The notes under the pieces: model-generated
The model's input: only the letters and a program-made list of their open reading frames with translations
Told to the model about the DNA's origin: nothing
Databases searched by the model: none
NCBI GenBank assembly: GCA_043228905.1
Contig: JBHGNT010000003.1
Location: 6,944,001 to 7,008,000 of the forward strand
Direction: 5' to 3'
DNA from: Azolla caroliniana
Lineage: Eukaryota > Plantae > Polypodiophyta
DNA length: 64,000 nt
Made by a program: the position numbers and the translations under genes
Shown here: in pieces, positions 25,004-35,056 of the stretch
Layout of the letters: each line of letters opens with the position of its first letter
Numbering within the stretch: position 1 is the first letter of the stretch

Positions 25004-28000
25004 TCGTACTTATGTTATTCTTTGACTAGCTTGTTGTTTTCCTTTGATGATTGACCTTAGATTTCATACATTTTTTACCCATAATGTATACATCAAGATC
25101 CAAGAGTTGATGATGAAGAAACTTTCCCTGCCAACATGGGAAGAAGTAGAATAGTCATGCCCAATAACATCATCAGATAAGACTTTGGAAGAGTTCTTCA
25201 TAGTATTTAGAGAATGGGTATGTGTGTTTACACTTTTAATGATTTAGTTATCATGGTGTTTTCTTACAAAATCAATAACTACAGAAACCCCCTTGATCAA
25301 AGAAAGTCGGTGACAATAATGACAACATTCCAACTGTGTTTATTACACACTTGGAACGTGCCAAGTACGAAAAGAGAATGAATAAAGGAAAGTAGTTGGA
25401 AGTGCTAGAACATTGGGATACTGTAAAAAGACTTCTGCACAGAGTTGATCCTTTCAAACAATTGTATTATAGTGTGTTTAATGGGGAAGTGGCTAATATG
25501 CTTGACATATTACCAAAGAGGCACTATACATTGCTTATTGCACTAACATACTCTATGGATTCTGAATCACGAGATCCACGTATGATGATGTGCCTTTCAA
25601 GTATCCCTAGATAGAAAAGATGGTAAAAGACTTTGTAGAGTTGACCCTTGCATTGTTATGGAGGATCATAATATGGCATAGCATGGGTCAATCATTATCA
25701 GTCACTACTGCTTTGAAGTCGCGATTTCATGCAATAGAACATATGCATTGGTAAGGTACAAGTTGTTTTTTTGACAATACACTACTAAAAATGTTGTTTT
25801 AATATGTTGCAAAATCTATTTTTAACACTATTGTATTGTGAAATGCTCTCAAGAATAGCCTTCCTTTCATTATGTCTCAAGTTACATTTTATAGACTCTC
25901 TCTTAGCGTGGAGGGTGTTCTCCCGCTCCAATTAGCTCTACTAATTATGGGGCTTGGTGGGGGCCTAGTTTGGGTGTGGTGCATGAGGCTTGGTAGGGGC
26001 CTAATTTGGGTGTGGTCTATGTGTGGTGCATGGGGCTTGGTAGGGGCCTAATCTAGGTGTGGTCCATGTGACCACCACAATTCCCCCTTGTAAAAAAAAA
26101 GTTATTGTGCAGTCGAAGCGCGACGAGGCGTGGACGACGGTTCCAGACGGGGGGATGACACGGGCGTGGGCGTAGGCATGAGTGTGGGCGGGGGCGGTGG
26201 TAGTTGATGGAAGGGCTTCATGCGAGACTGGTGAGTAAAGGTAGAGCGGTTGTTGGAGGCGCGGCGGAGCAAGTATGTAGTGTCGCGTATCTGCTTTTGA
26301 ACTTCGAAGGGACCGATCCATCGGTGCATGAGCGATTCGCTGAGACCGCGACGACGGATGGGGAAGTAGACGAGGACTTTGTCACCGACGTGGTATTGAT
26401 GGTCGACACGGCCTATATCGTGTTGTCGTTTTTGGCGTAGTTGTGCCTGGTGCAGGTTGCTCGTGATGGCTTTGCGGAGGAGGGGCTGGAGTTGTTGTAG
26501 GTGGGACCACCAAGACACTGCGTCAGCGTGGAGTCGTGTGGTTGGTTGCGGGACTGCCACTTCTGGGGGTAAGCGCGGGTCCCTTCCGTAAAGGGCCCGA
26601 AATGGGCTAATGCGGGTAGAGGCTTGCACAGTTGTGTTGTAGGCATGCGTAACGAAGGGCAAGATTAGGTCCCAGGTTGAGTGCAGCGGATCGATGTAGG
26701 CTGAGATTTGTTGTTTTAAGGTTCGATTGAGGCGCTCCGTCAACCCATTCGTTTGCGGATGGTAGGGTGACGTGAATAACTGTTGGATTCCTAGTTGTGT
26801 TGAAACGAGGCGTAGGAGCTCACCGTTGAACTGGGGTCCTCGATCGGACAAGATTTGGAGTGGGCAACCGTGGGGGAAGATGATTTTCTCCAATAGTTTG
26901 GAGGCGATGGTCATAGCCTTTGCATCTGGGATAGCGGCCGTCTCAGCCCAACGCGTCAAGTACTTGGTGATGACGAGGATGAATTTGTTCCCTCCTTGTG
27001 ACTCGGGAAAGGGGCCCATAATGTCCCATCCGACGATTTCAAATGGAGCTTGAACTTGTATCGGATGTAAGAGGCCTTGAGCCACTTGAGGTGATTTGAT
27101 GGCCTGACATAAGTTGCATGCTTTGATGTAGGAGGCGACCTCGTGGCGTAGCCCAGGCCAATAGAATTTGCGACGAATTTTGTTGAGCACCTTATGAAAA
27201 CCCAAGTGGCCGGACAACGGGTGATCGTGGAAGAAACGAAGGTAAGACTGGCGTAGTTGCTCAGGCACGTAGACTCGGGGTTCTTTGCCTACTTGACAAA
27301 AAAGTAGGACATTATCCTGGATCATGAATTGCTTGGTGAGAGATGATGTCGGTTCAGCTCGTAGGTGGTGGCAGATATCTTGGATTTGTTTGTCGTGTTG
27401 TTGCATGTTGGCCATTTGGGACGAGGATATGGGGAAATCGATTGTGTTGGAGGTGATCTGGTTCGCCTGAAAGGATATGCGGGATAATCCATCGGCGACG
27501 ATGTTTTGTGGACCATGGCGATAGCGCAGAGTGAATGTGTAATCTTGTAGCGCCAAAACCCAACGAAGTAAGCGGCCGGGTGGATGAGCCTTCTTTATGA
27601 GGGAGAGCAATGGCTGATGGTCGGTTTCGACTGATGTATTTGATCCGTGAAGGTATGGGTGGAAACGATGGAATGCCCAGACGATGGCGAGGAACTCTTT
27701 TTCAGTTGTCGAGTAATTTTGTTCGGCTTTGGTAAGTGACCGACTGATGTAGGCAATCGGGCGGAGTTGGTCGTTGTCGTCGGATTGGAGCAGGACCGCA
27801 CCAAGGCCGACATTGGAGGCATCCGTCTGCAGATGGAAAGGCTTCGTGAAATCAGGGTGGGCCAGGAGGTCAGAGGCTTGGAGTGTTCTCTTGAGCTGCA
27901 GGAAACTGGATTCGCAGGCTTCGGTCCACAGGAAGGGTGCGTCTTTTTGTAGGAGCGCGCGTAGTGGGGCTGACAGGTCGGCTAGCCGTGGGATGAAACG

Positions 28001-29086
28001 AAGAGAGAACGTGAGGAGGCCGAGGAAGCGTTGAAGCTGCTTGATTGTGGTGGGGCGTGGGAATTTTTGGACTGCTTCTGTCTTCTCCGGGTCCATTTGT
28101 ATTCCGTCGGAGGAGATGACGTACCCAAGGAAGCGGAGGCACGTACTACCCCATCGGCACTTCTTCCATTGCAGCTGCAATCGATAGCGTTGAACACAAG
28201 TTAGGACCTCCCGAAGGACTTGAAGGTGTTCTGCCCAAGTGCTTGTATGTACCAGAATATCGTCTAGATAGACGATGACGACACGGCGGGTGATGAGATC
28301 ATCGAAGATGGCATTAGCCATTCGCTGGAATGTGCTCCCCGCATCAGATAGGCCAAAGGGCATCCGTGTGAACTGAAAAATGCCTTTCCTAGTGCAGAAT
28401 GCAGTTTTGTGGGCATCGTGAGGATTCATCGGGATTTGCCAATATCCCGAGGCTAGATCGAGGGAGGTGAAGTACTTTGATTTGCCAAGCTGGTCGAGGA
28501 GGTCATCGATACGAGGGAGAGGGTATCGGTCATGGGTGGTGACATGGTTCAGTTGTCGGAAGTCGACACAAAAGCGGTAAGAACCATCCCCTTTCTTTAC
28601 CATGTGTGGCTCCGAGATCCACTCGCTCTTGGAAGGTGTGATAATCCCTTGTTGGAGCATAGTTTTGACGGCGTTGTCGATGCGCTCGTGGTCGAGAGGC
28701 GAGCGACGTCGGGGAGCTGTGTTGATGGGGCGGGCGTTGCCTGTAGGAATCGTGTGGTGAATCAGAAAACGGACCGAGGGAAGTTTTACAGGTGGTGTAG
28801 ACAACGAGGGAAAGGTGGCGAGGAGCCGTCTGATGTCGTTGATGCGCTCCGCCGGTGATATCAGGTACTGTGTGTTGCTTATGTGGGTGGTATCCCGCGG
28901 AGTAGTGAAGAGCGCGATCGGAATGTGATTTGGGAGGATGAGCTGTTGTGTGGAGAAATCGAAACAGGCTCGACTATGGAGGAACCAATCACATCCCAAG
29001 GTGATTGGGAACAACTGGTGCGGGAGGACGTAGAAACGATGGTGGATCTGGGCAGAACTAATGGTGAGCATGCACCTGACTTGCGT

Positions 29087-30104
29087 TGTCGTGAAGATTT
29101 TCGGCAATAGTGTGAAAATCCCATAAAACGTACAAAATCGAGTATGAATCATGTAATACAATAATTGTGAAGATAACATTTTTAATATCTAAGTACAAAA
29201 TGATGGAGGTTTCGAATGCACTTTATTACACGAGAAATGGACAACTAAATGTCAAGATATGAGGGTATAAAGTTTGTGAAAAGAAAAGAGAAAATTGTGA
29301 GATATCCCACATAGGCACGACAAATACGGCTCTCATCATATATAAGGTGGAGCAAAAGATATTATCTTTGTGTCTATGTGTGGAGCATAGAGAGTTCAAG
29401 GTAGCTTGAACTTAGAGTGGAGGTGGCTAGCTACTCGAAAAGGGTTTTGGCCAACCAAAACCGGACCGGCGATGGAGCCGGTGATCCGACGGCATCCGAC
29501 CGCAATCCGGCGGCGGCATGCGGCACCGGTATCCGGCGTCGGCGTCGGTATCCGGCACCGGCATCCGGCGGCGGCACCGGTATCCGGCGAACCGGGGACT
29601 AGATAAAATAAATATATAAAAATATATACATATACAAGGAGGGCAAGTATGGATTCGAACCTTGCACCTCCAAGTTAGGAGTCAAATGGCTTACCATTAA
29701 GCCATAGTATTTAGTTGAAATTATATTTCTATCATTGTAGTTTTACATGTAAATTCTCATCCATGAGTGCTAAAATGAGTGACATGGTTAGCATGCACCA
29801 CATGTAATACTTAAGCGCCAAATGGCAAACATGCAATTTACGCATGTCTTGTACCCTCACATGCATCATATGCATGAGAGCATCTATAAAAGAGGGAAGG
29901 GGGAGGAGAAAAACATGGTTTTTTTTATGAAAATTAAGAAGAAGAAATTCGTTATCAAATCAATCGTGTAATCTCATCTTCTCTCTTTCCCAATCTATCT
30001 TAAGTACTTTCTCGCCAAAGCTTGTATCGACTCTAAATCCTTCTGGTCCAGAACCCCGGCGGTTCCGCCTCACGATCCGCGCGTAGTGACGGATCTTCAC
30101 GACA
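29087..30104 (+). mobile_element. Solo LTR (1018 bp, Trp-primed Gypsy family) inside the protease region of Gypsy C
   Basis: 12-bp inverted termini TGTCGTGAAGAT...ATCTTCACGACA; 4-bp TSD GCGT; TATAAA near 29886; CCGG-rich repeats at 29460-29600; homologous to the LTRs of element D. Confidence 0.88.
29641..29706 (-). promoter_or_regulatory. tRNA-like (Arg-CCT-like) A-box/B-box module inside LTR
   Basis: Minus strand TATGGCTTAATGG TAAGCCATTTGACTCCTAACTTGGAGGTGCAA GGTTCGAATCC. The D-stem GGCTT/AAGCC pairs, there is a CTCCTAA loop and a consensus B-box. Acceptor and anticodon stems do not pair. Confidence 0.7.
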
Positions 30105-30407
30105 GCGTATGTGAGTGGTACACCCGTTGTTGGTCGCCGAAGAGGATTTTAATGGGCAGTGCGTGGCTCGTGGGAAGTTGTAATTGGGTGACTAAATCTG
30201 CGCTGATGGAAGAGATGCTGCTGCCGGAGTCGAGGAGAACCTCTTGGGTCGTGTGCTGGAGGCGGGCGATTGTGGTACAAACGGGCGAAGTTGATGAAGT
30301 GGAGGCGTGGACGTGCGGGGGTGGCTTGATCGTGGGAGAAACGGGAGAAGTTGAGGACGTGGAGACGTGGACGTGCGGGGGCGGCTCTCCCTGCGGCACC
30401 CCGCGCA

Positions 30408-31358
30408 TTAGTTTTCCGGGAGCTCAGAGAGGGAGGCAGCGTCAGCTAATTGGACGTTCTGCTTCTGTTGGTGATTCTGCCACTTTCGGCAGTGACGCCG
30501 AATGTGGCCATAGTTGTTGCAGTAGAAACATTTGGGGCGTCCCTGGCTGTCTCGTTCGGGCAATGCACGCTTGGCACGTAATTGCGTGTTCTGGATGTCG
30601 ATGTCCATGGGAGTGACGGCTGGTATAGTGTTTGTATGATCATGACTGAGATTACCTGGTGTGTGCATGTCGTGCGCGTCTGCAGCTTCGATGCGTTGGG
30701 CAGTGAGGATGGCTTCGTGTAGTGTCGTCGGGCCTTGATCGCGTACACGACGGCGGAGGTCATGTCGTATACACGGCCAGAAAAAAAACAACTTCATGTC
30801 CTCCGACATGTTGGCGTCAGCCCGGCGTAGGATCTGCACAAAACGAACCGCGAACTGGGTGATGGGTTCGCGTGGTTGTTGGGTAATTGACTCAAGTTGT
30901 TGTAGGGCTGTCTGGCGGGAGTCTTGATGAGCAAAATTCCGAATCATGGCTGCCCGTAACAGATCCCAGTCGTTGCGTGTCTCTTCGGGTTGTTGTACAA
31001 GCCATGTTGCCGCGATATTCTCGAGGAGTGTCTTCATCTCCATTGCCTTCCGAGGGTGTGGCCACTGGTGGTAACTGGCCACCATTTCGAAATGATCCAG
31101 CCAAGAGAGGACGTCTTCCGATGGTAGGCCGGAGAACGGTTTTGGGTGAACTCGAGAGTCCAGGAGATTTTGTTGTGGCTCGGATCGTGCTGAAAGAAAG
31201 GACAACATGGCTTGGTTAGTATGGTTAACTTGTAAAATGATGTTGGACAGAGCTTGAACCAGTTGGTCGATTGGCGATGTGGGCTGGTGTCCTTGATTGT
31301 GTTGTAGGAATTCCGGATTCATCGAGTTTGTGTTGCCGTCGTTGTTGTCGTGTTGCAT
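30408..31358 (-). CDS. Gypsy C Gag (316 aa)
   Basis: PKPFSG..EDV.SWLDHFE capsid-like region and zinc knuckle CFYCNNYGHIRRHC; ends ...PEN* at a slippery site. Confidence 0.9.
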   Translation of the reverse strand: MQHDNNDGNTNSMNPEFLQHNQGHQPTSPIDQLVQALSNIILQVNHTNQAMLSFLSARSEPQQNLLDSRVHPKPFSGLPSEDVLSWLDHFEMVASYHQWPHPRKAMEMKTLLENIAATWLVQQPEETRNDWDLLRAAMIRNFAHQDSRQTALQQLESITQQPREPITQFAVRFVQILRRADANMSEDMKLFFFWPCIRHDLRRRVRDQGPTTLHEAILTAQRIEAADAHDMHTPGNLSHDHTNTIPAVTPMDIDIQNTQLRAKRALPERDSQGRPKCFYCNNYGHIRRHCRKWQNHQQKQNVQLADAASLSELPEN

Positions 31359-31870
31359 CGTGGCGGGCGTTGTTGGGGTCGTGAGTTGGGGTGGCTTGGC
31401 CCGTCTTCTCCACCAAGATGTGAAATGCTCAAGATGTGAAATGCTCTCAAGAATAGCCTTCCTTTCATTATGTCTCAAGTTACATTTTATAGACTCTCTC
31501 TTAGCGTGGAGGGTGTTCTCCCGCTCCAATTAGCTCTACTAATTATGGGGCTTGGTGGGGGCCTAGTTTGGGTGTGGTGCATGAGGCTTGGTAGGGGCCT
31601 AATTTGGGTGTGGTCTATGTGTGGTGCATGGGGCTTGGTAGGGGCCTAATCTAGGTGTGGTCCATGTGACCACCACAGTATGATGTCAATAGTATTAAAA
31701 AAAATATCACAGATAGCTCGGGCGATCAGATGGTTAGTATGGTTGAACATCTTTGTGTGGGTGTTTACGATGCAATTACGAAGAAGACGGCTCAGGCACA
31801 CGTGAATTAAAGAAATGTTGTCAATTATATCATGTGCCTAGCTATGACAAAAAAGCTATGCCATAGCATG

Positions 31871-32150
31871 GTTGTCGTCGCATGTGAAGCCGTTTGGCTC
31901 AAAAGGATATTGAAGGATCTACGATTCCCATCAAGGATCTGATTCTCTTGTATTGTGATAACATGAGCAATATTCATCTGACCCGAAACCCTATCTTTCA
32001 CGCTCAGACTAAGTGCATTGAGGTGCACTATCATTTCGTTCGAGAGAGGGTATTGATCGAAGATGTCGACATGCAACACATCAATATGAACCTGCAGACA
32101 ACCGACATCTTCACAAAGGCCCTGGGAGCCGACAAGCTGCAAGCCACTTA
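31871..32150 (+). mobile_element. Isolated Ty1/Copia RNase H fragment
   Basis: ACEAVW...LYCDNMSNIHLTRNPIFHAQTKCIEVHYHFVRERV...DIFTKALG. Confidence 0.85.
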
Positions 32151-35002
32151 AATTGACTAGGCCAATCTTCTTGAAATTTTGGTTTAGCCTAGCTAACTCT
32201 ATTCCATGGTATGTAATATATGCATTCGTCTGCTCAAACATTCATTTTCATATGTTTGCAAACAGATGTGTATATTATCCAAACATTCTTCTTCTTCTTC
32301 TTCTTTTGACTTCTTTACTTTTCTTTTTGCTCAGAGAGGGGTGAATGTTCTACACTGTGCACATCTTCTCCCGCCATCAGTTCCTGCACATCATCGTGAT
32401 GCAAACCTCCCTTGCTCTCACATCCAACCTTGAACGTTGACCTACATCCTTCATCTTGCAAGTAGAGCTTCAAAGCCTTGTACACTTGGTTCTGTTTAAC
32501 GTAAGTAGAGAGCATAACATTCCATGTAACTACATACCGGTGAGGCAATGAATAAATCACATTCTCTGCCTCAAATATATCTCAACATTTGTTATACATA
32601 CTATGGAAGAACCCACGTGAACATCAGAACAATAACCATTTTTGCGAGCATGTTCATGTATCTTCTTTCCTTCCTCAAGTGAATCTATGGTAGCACAAGC
32701 TTTGAAGAGGCAAACAAATGTATGTAAAAAGAAACGTGCAGAAGCAAGTATGAAGACCGAACAGAAGAGAGGAAACTCAGGTTTAATGGAGAGCTTGGGC
32801 TTACGCAGTATACGCGGGAGAGACAGAGAGAGTGAGAGAGAAGACACAAAAACTATATTCAACAATAATACTCAGTCTATACATAAGACGTGCTCAGTGA
32901 ACACTTTTATACAAGCCCTAGAAGGATTGACCGAAGTACTGACAGTACTTCAATGCTCATCAAGAGCCCCTACACTAACTCCCAAATATATTCCTCACGG
33001 AATATCTTTCCTAACGACCTCCCGGTTTACGCACTCGGCCTAGCCGATCGGTCCCAACCGATCCTGTCCTCGGCTTCTTCAGCCGATCCGGCCGATGTTG
33101 AGCTTGTCTCTCAACACTCCCCCTCAAGCTCAACTTGAGGCTCTTCGGGATCTTCACAGCACCGGTTCCTCCTGGCTTCTCGCCTCGCTCGCGCTCCTCG
33201 ACCTGTTCGACTCCGCGCGCTTCGACCCTTCCAGTCGGCTTGTCTACTCATGTGGCCCTCATCAGCTCTTCTGTTGTTGCGGTGTTGACGCTTCTTCTGC
33301 TGCCTTTTCTTCCACTTGGGCCTCGGTTTATTCAGCGTGTCTGAATCAAACATCCGAACCGACTCGGCTACCTACGATCGGTCTTCGCTCTCATCCGAGT
33401 TGCCTGTCTCCAACTCGTCTTCGGTCTTCTCGCCCTCGATGGCGTCATCTTACCCATGCATGGTTGGCTTCGGCTCTCTCCTTCGGTTGCTCCCCTTCTG
33501 TCTGCTTCCGAACTTTTCCGTAGGTCCGCCCTCGGCTTCTTCAGCCGATCCGATGTCGAACTTGTCAACCGACTCGGTGTCACGGTGTCCGCTCCTTTCC
33601 TGTTGCCTTGCTTGGTCGTTCGGGATTGTTCTCCCCCTCAAGTTCGGCACGTCAAGGTGACGCAACCCGAGCGCCCCTGAGAATTGCCGCAACTTGTCCA
33701 GACCAAGAGGCTTGGTGAAGATGTCGGTAGCCTGCCGATTCGTCAGAACGTACTGAAGTTCGACTTCACCGGAAAGGACACGCTCACGGACGAAATGGTA
33801 GTGCACCTCAATGTGCTTGGTCCGTGCGTGGAAGACGGGGTTTTTCGCGAGCTCGATGCTGCTGAGGTTGTCGCAGTAGATCGTCGTCGGATCTGACACC
33901 TCCTCTTGCAAGCCCTTAAGAAGCCGCTTCAACCATATGGCTTCGCATGTCGCGACAGCCGCTCCTCGGTACTCAGCTTCGGTGCTCGACAGTGCAACTG
34001 TCGGCTGCTTCTTACTGCTCCACGCGATCGCGGCACTCCCGAGGGAGAACGCGTATCCGGACGTGGATCGGCGATCGGCGGCGTTGCCAACCCAATCAGC
34101 ATCTGTGTAGCCGACTAACTGCGCGGCTGCACCGGTCCGACATAACAGTCTGCGGTCCTTAGTGCCGCTTATGTACCGAAGTACGCGTTGCGCACACTGA
34201 AGGTGCTCCTCGGTAGGTCGCGCCATGAACTGACTGATCACTCTGACCGGATAACTGAGGTCGGGTCGGGTGATGGTCAAGTATATGAGGCTTCCGACAA
34301 TTTGTCGGAACGTCGTCGGGTCGCATACCTTTCCCGTATCGGGACGAAGAATGACTGTTCTTTCCAGAGGAGTCGAGATGGACTTACAGTCGGCCATCCC
34401 GAGTTTGAAGAGCATACTCAGCACGTAATGACGTTGGCTAATCAATATGCCTTCGGGGGTACGGTGTCGAGCCCTTCGGCTCCGGATCGTTGCGTGAGTC
34501 GGGTGGGAACCGCCGAGGTTTTTGACTAGGAGGAAGAGGAATACAACTTAAGGCTAGATATGAATAGTGGAAAGAGAAGTAAGACAGCAATCTCGTGAAT
34601 CCCACGAGTTTAGTGTAATTAAAACAATATTTAGATTATAAGAGCAATTAGATGGCAAAATTCGTGAATCCCACGAATATATTAGATTGATCAAAAACTT
34701 GTATATTAATCAACAACCATATACATATTTTTCTCCTCCTTATATAAAGATAGAAGAGGCTAAGCATGGCTTCATGCTTTTTCACCTAAAGTGCCCATGC
34801 ACACTAAATGTGCATGTGATGCTTTGTCATTTCCTAAATATAGGGCTCATGCACGCTAGATGTGCATGAGTCACTTTTAATGTCACGTGTAAATAAAATA
34901 TTCACACTCTAAAGAATACATGATTTTTACCTTTTAATAAAGGTATGTGTAAATAAAGGTCTTATACGTATTAAATCTATATTTATAATACTAAAGATAA
35001 AT

Positions 35003-35056
35003 TATTACAATGGTAAAGTTGGGGTTTATCTACGTGGAGGTGCATGGTTCGAATCT
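35003..35056 (+). promoter_or_regulatory. tRNA-like A-box/B-box module in the 3' LTR of element D
   Basis: TATTACAATGG, 32 nt, GGTTCGAATCT. Confidence 0.6.

Larger units (their letters stand above)
26102..30417 (-). pseudogene. Gypsy C Pol (PR-RT-RH-IN) in the -1 frame relative to gag, interrupted at 29087-30104
   Basis: Protease LLDSGS, RT VYLDDIL, RNase H TDAS/EKEFLAI/TDH, integrase HHCC plus GWDIMG/SDRG/ERLN, and a GPF module. Removing the insert and one GCGT copy restores the frame (HTQVRC). Confidence 0.9.
25837..31677 (-). mobile_element. Ty3/Gypsy element C, young and animal-like; pol interrupted by a solo LTR
   Basis: 243-bp LTRs at 25837-26079 and 31435-31677, identical by eye. 4-bp TSD GTAT. 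PBS TGGTGGAGAAGACGGG (tRNA-Ala-like) at about 31400-31415. T-run plus AAGGGGGAAT PPT at 26080-26100. Confidence 0.95.
25087..31870 (+). pseudogene. Spliced pseudogene of a beta-class N4-cytosine/N6-adenine DNA methyltransferase-like protein; exons about 25087-25217, 25285-25750 and 31693-31870
   Basis: Reconstructed translation: ...YSVFNGEVANMLDILPKRHYTLLIA[2-bp insertion]NILYGF*...YDDVPF...IEKMVKDFVELT...WRIIIWHS...HAIEHMH(W/C)|IKKNITDSSGDQMVSMVEHLCVGVY. This follows the beta-class layout IxxGD...LP..SVDLIxTDPPY...IWxKxN...E. GT-AG introns at 25218-25284 and 25751-31692 keep the frame; the second contains Gypsy C. The SAM-binding motif I is not present. Confidence 0.62.

Noticed and set aside
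24293-25007. GCGT/TCGT as a mutated TSD of a simple solo LTR
   Set aside because: Joining the flanks does not restore the Copia A reading frame (an NLVSVGQIV-like sequence is expected and absent).
29087-29179. N-terminus of the 1025-aa ORF as the true Pol start
   Set aside because: These codons come from the inserted solo LTR. The real upstream part of Pol is at 30105-30417.
29641-29706. Functional tRNA-Arg gene
   Set aside because: The acceptor and anticodon stems do not pair and the sequence is embedded in an LTR. It is reported only as a tRNA-like promoter module.
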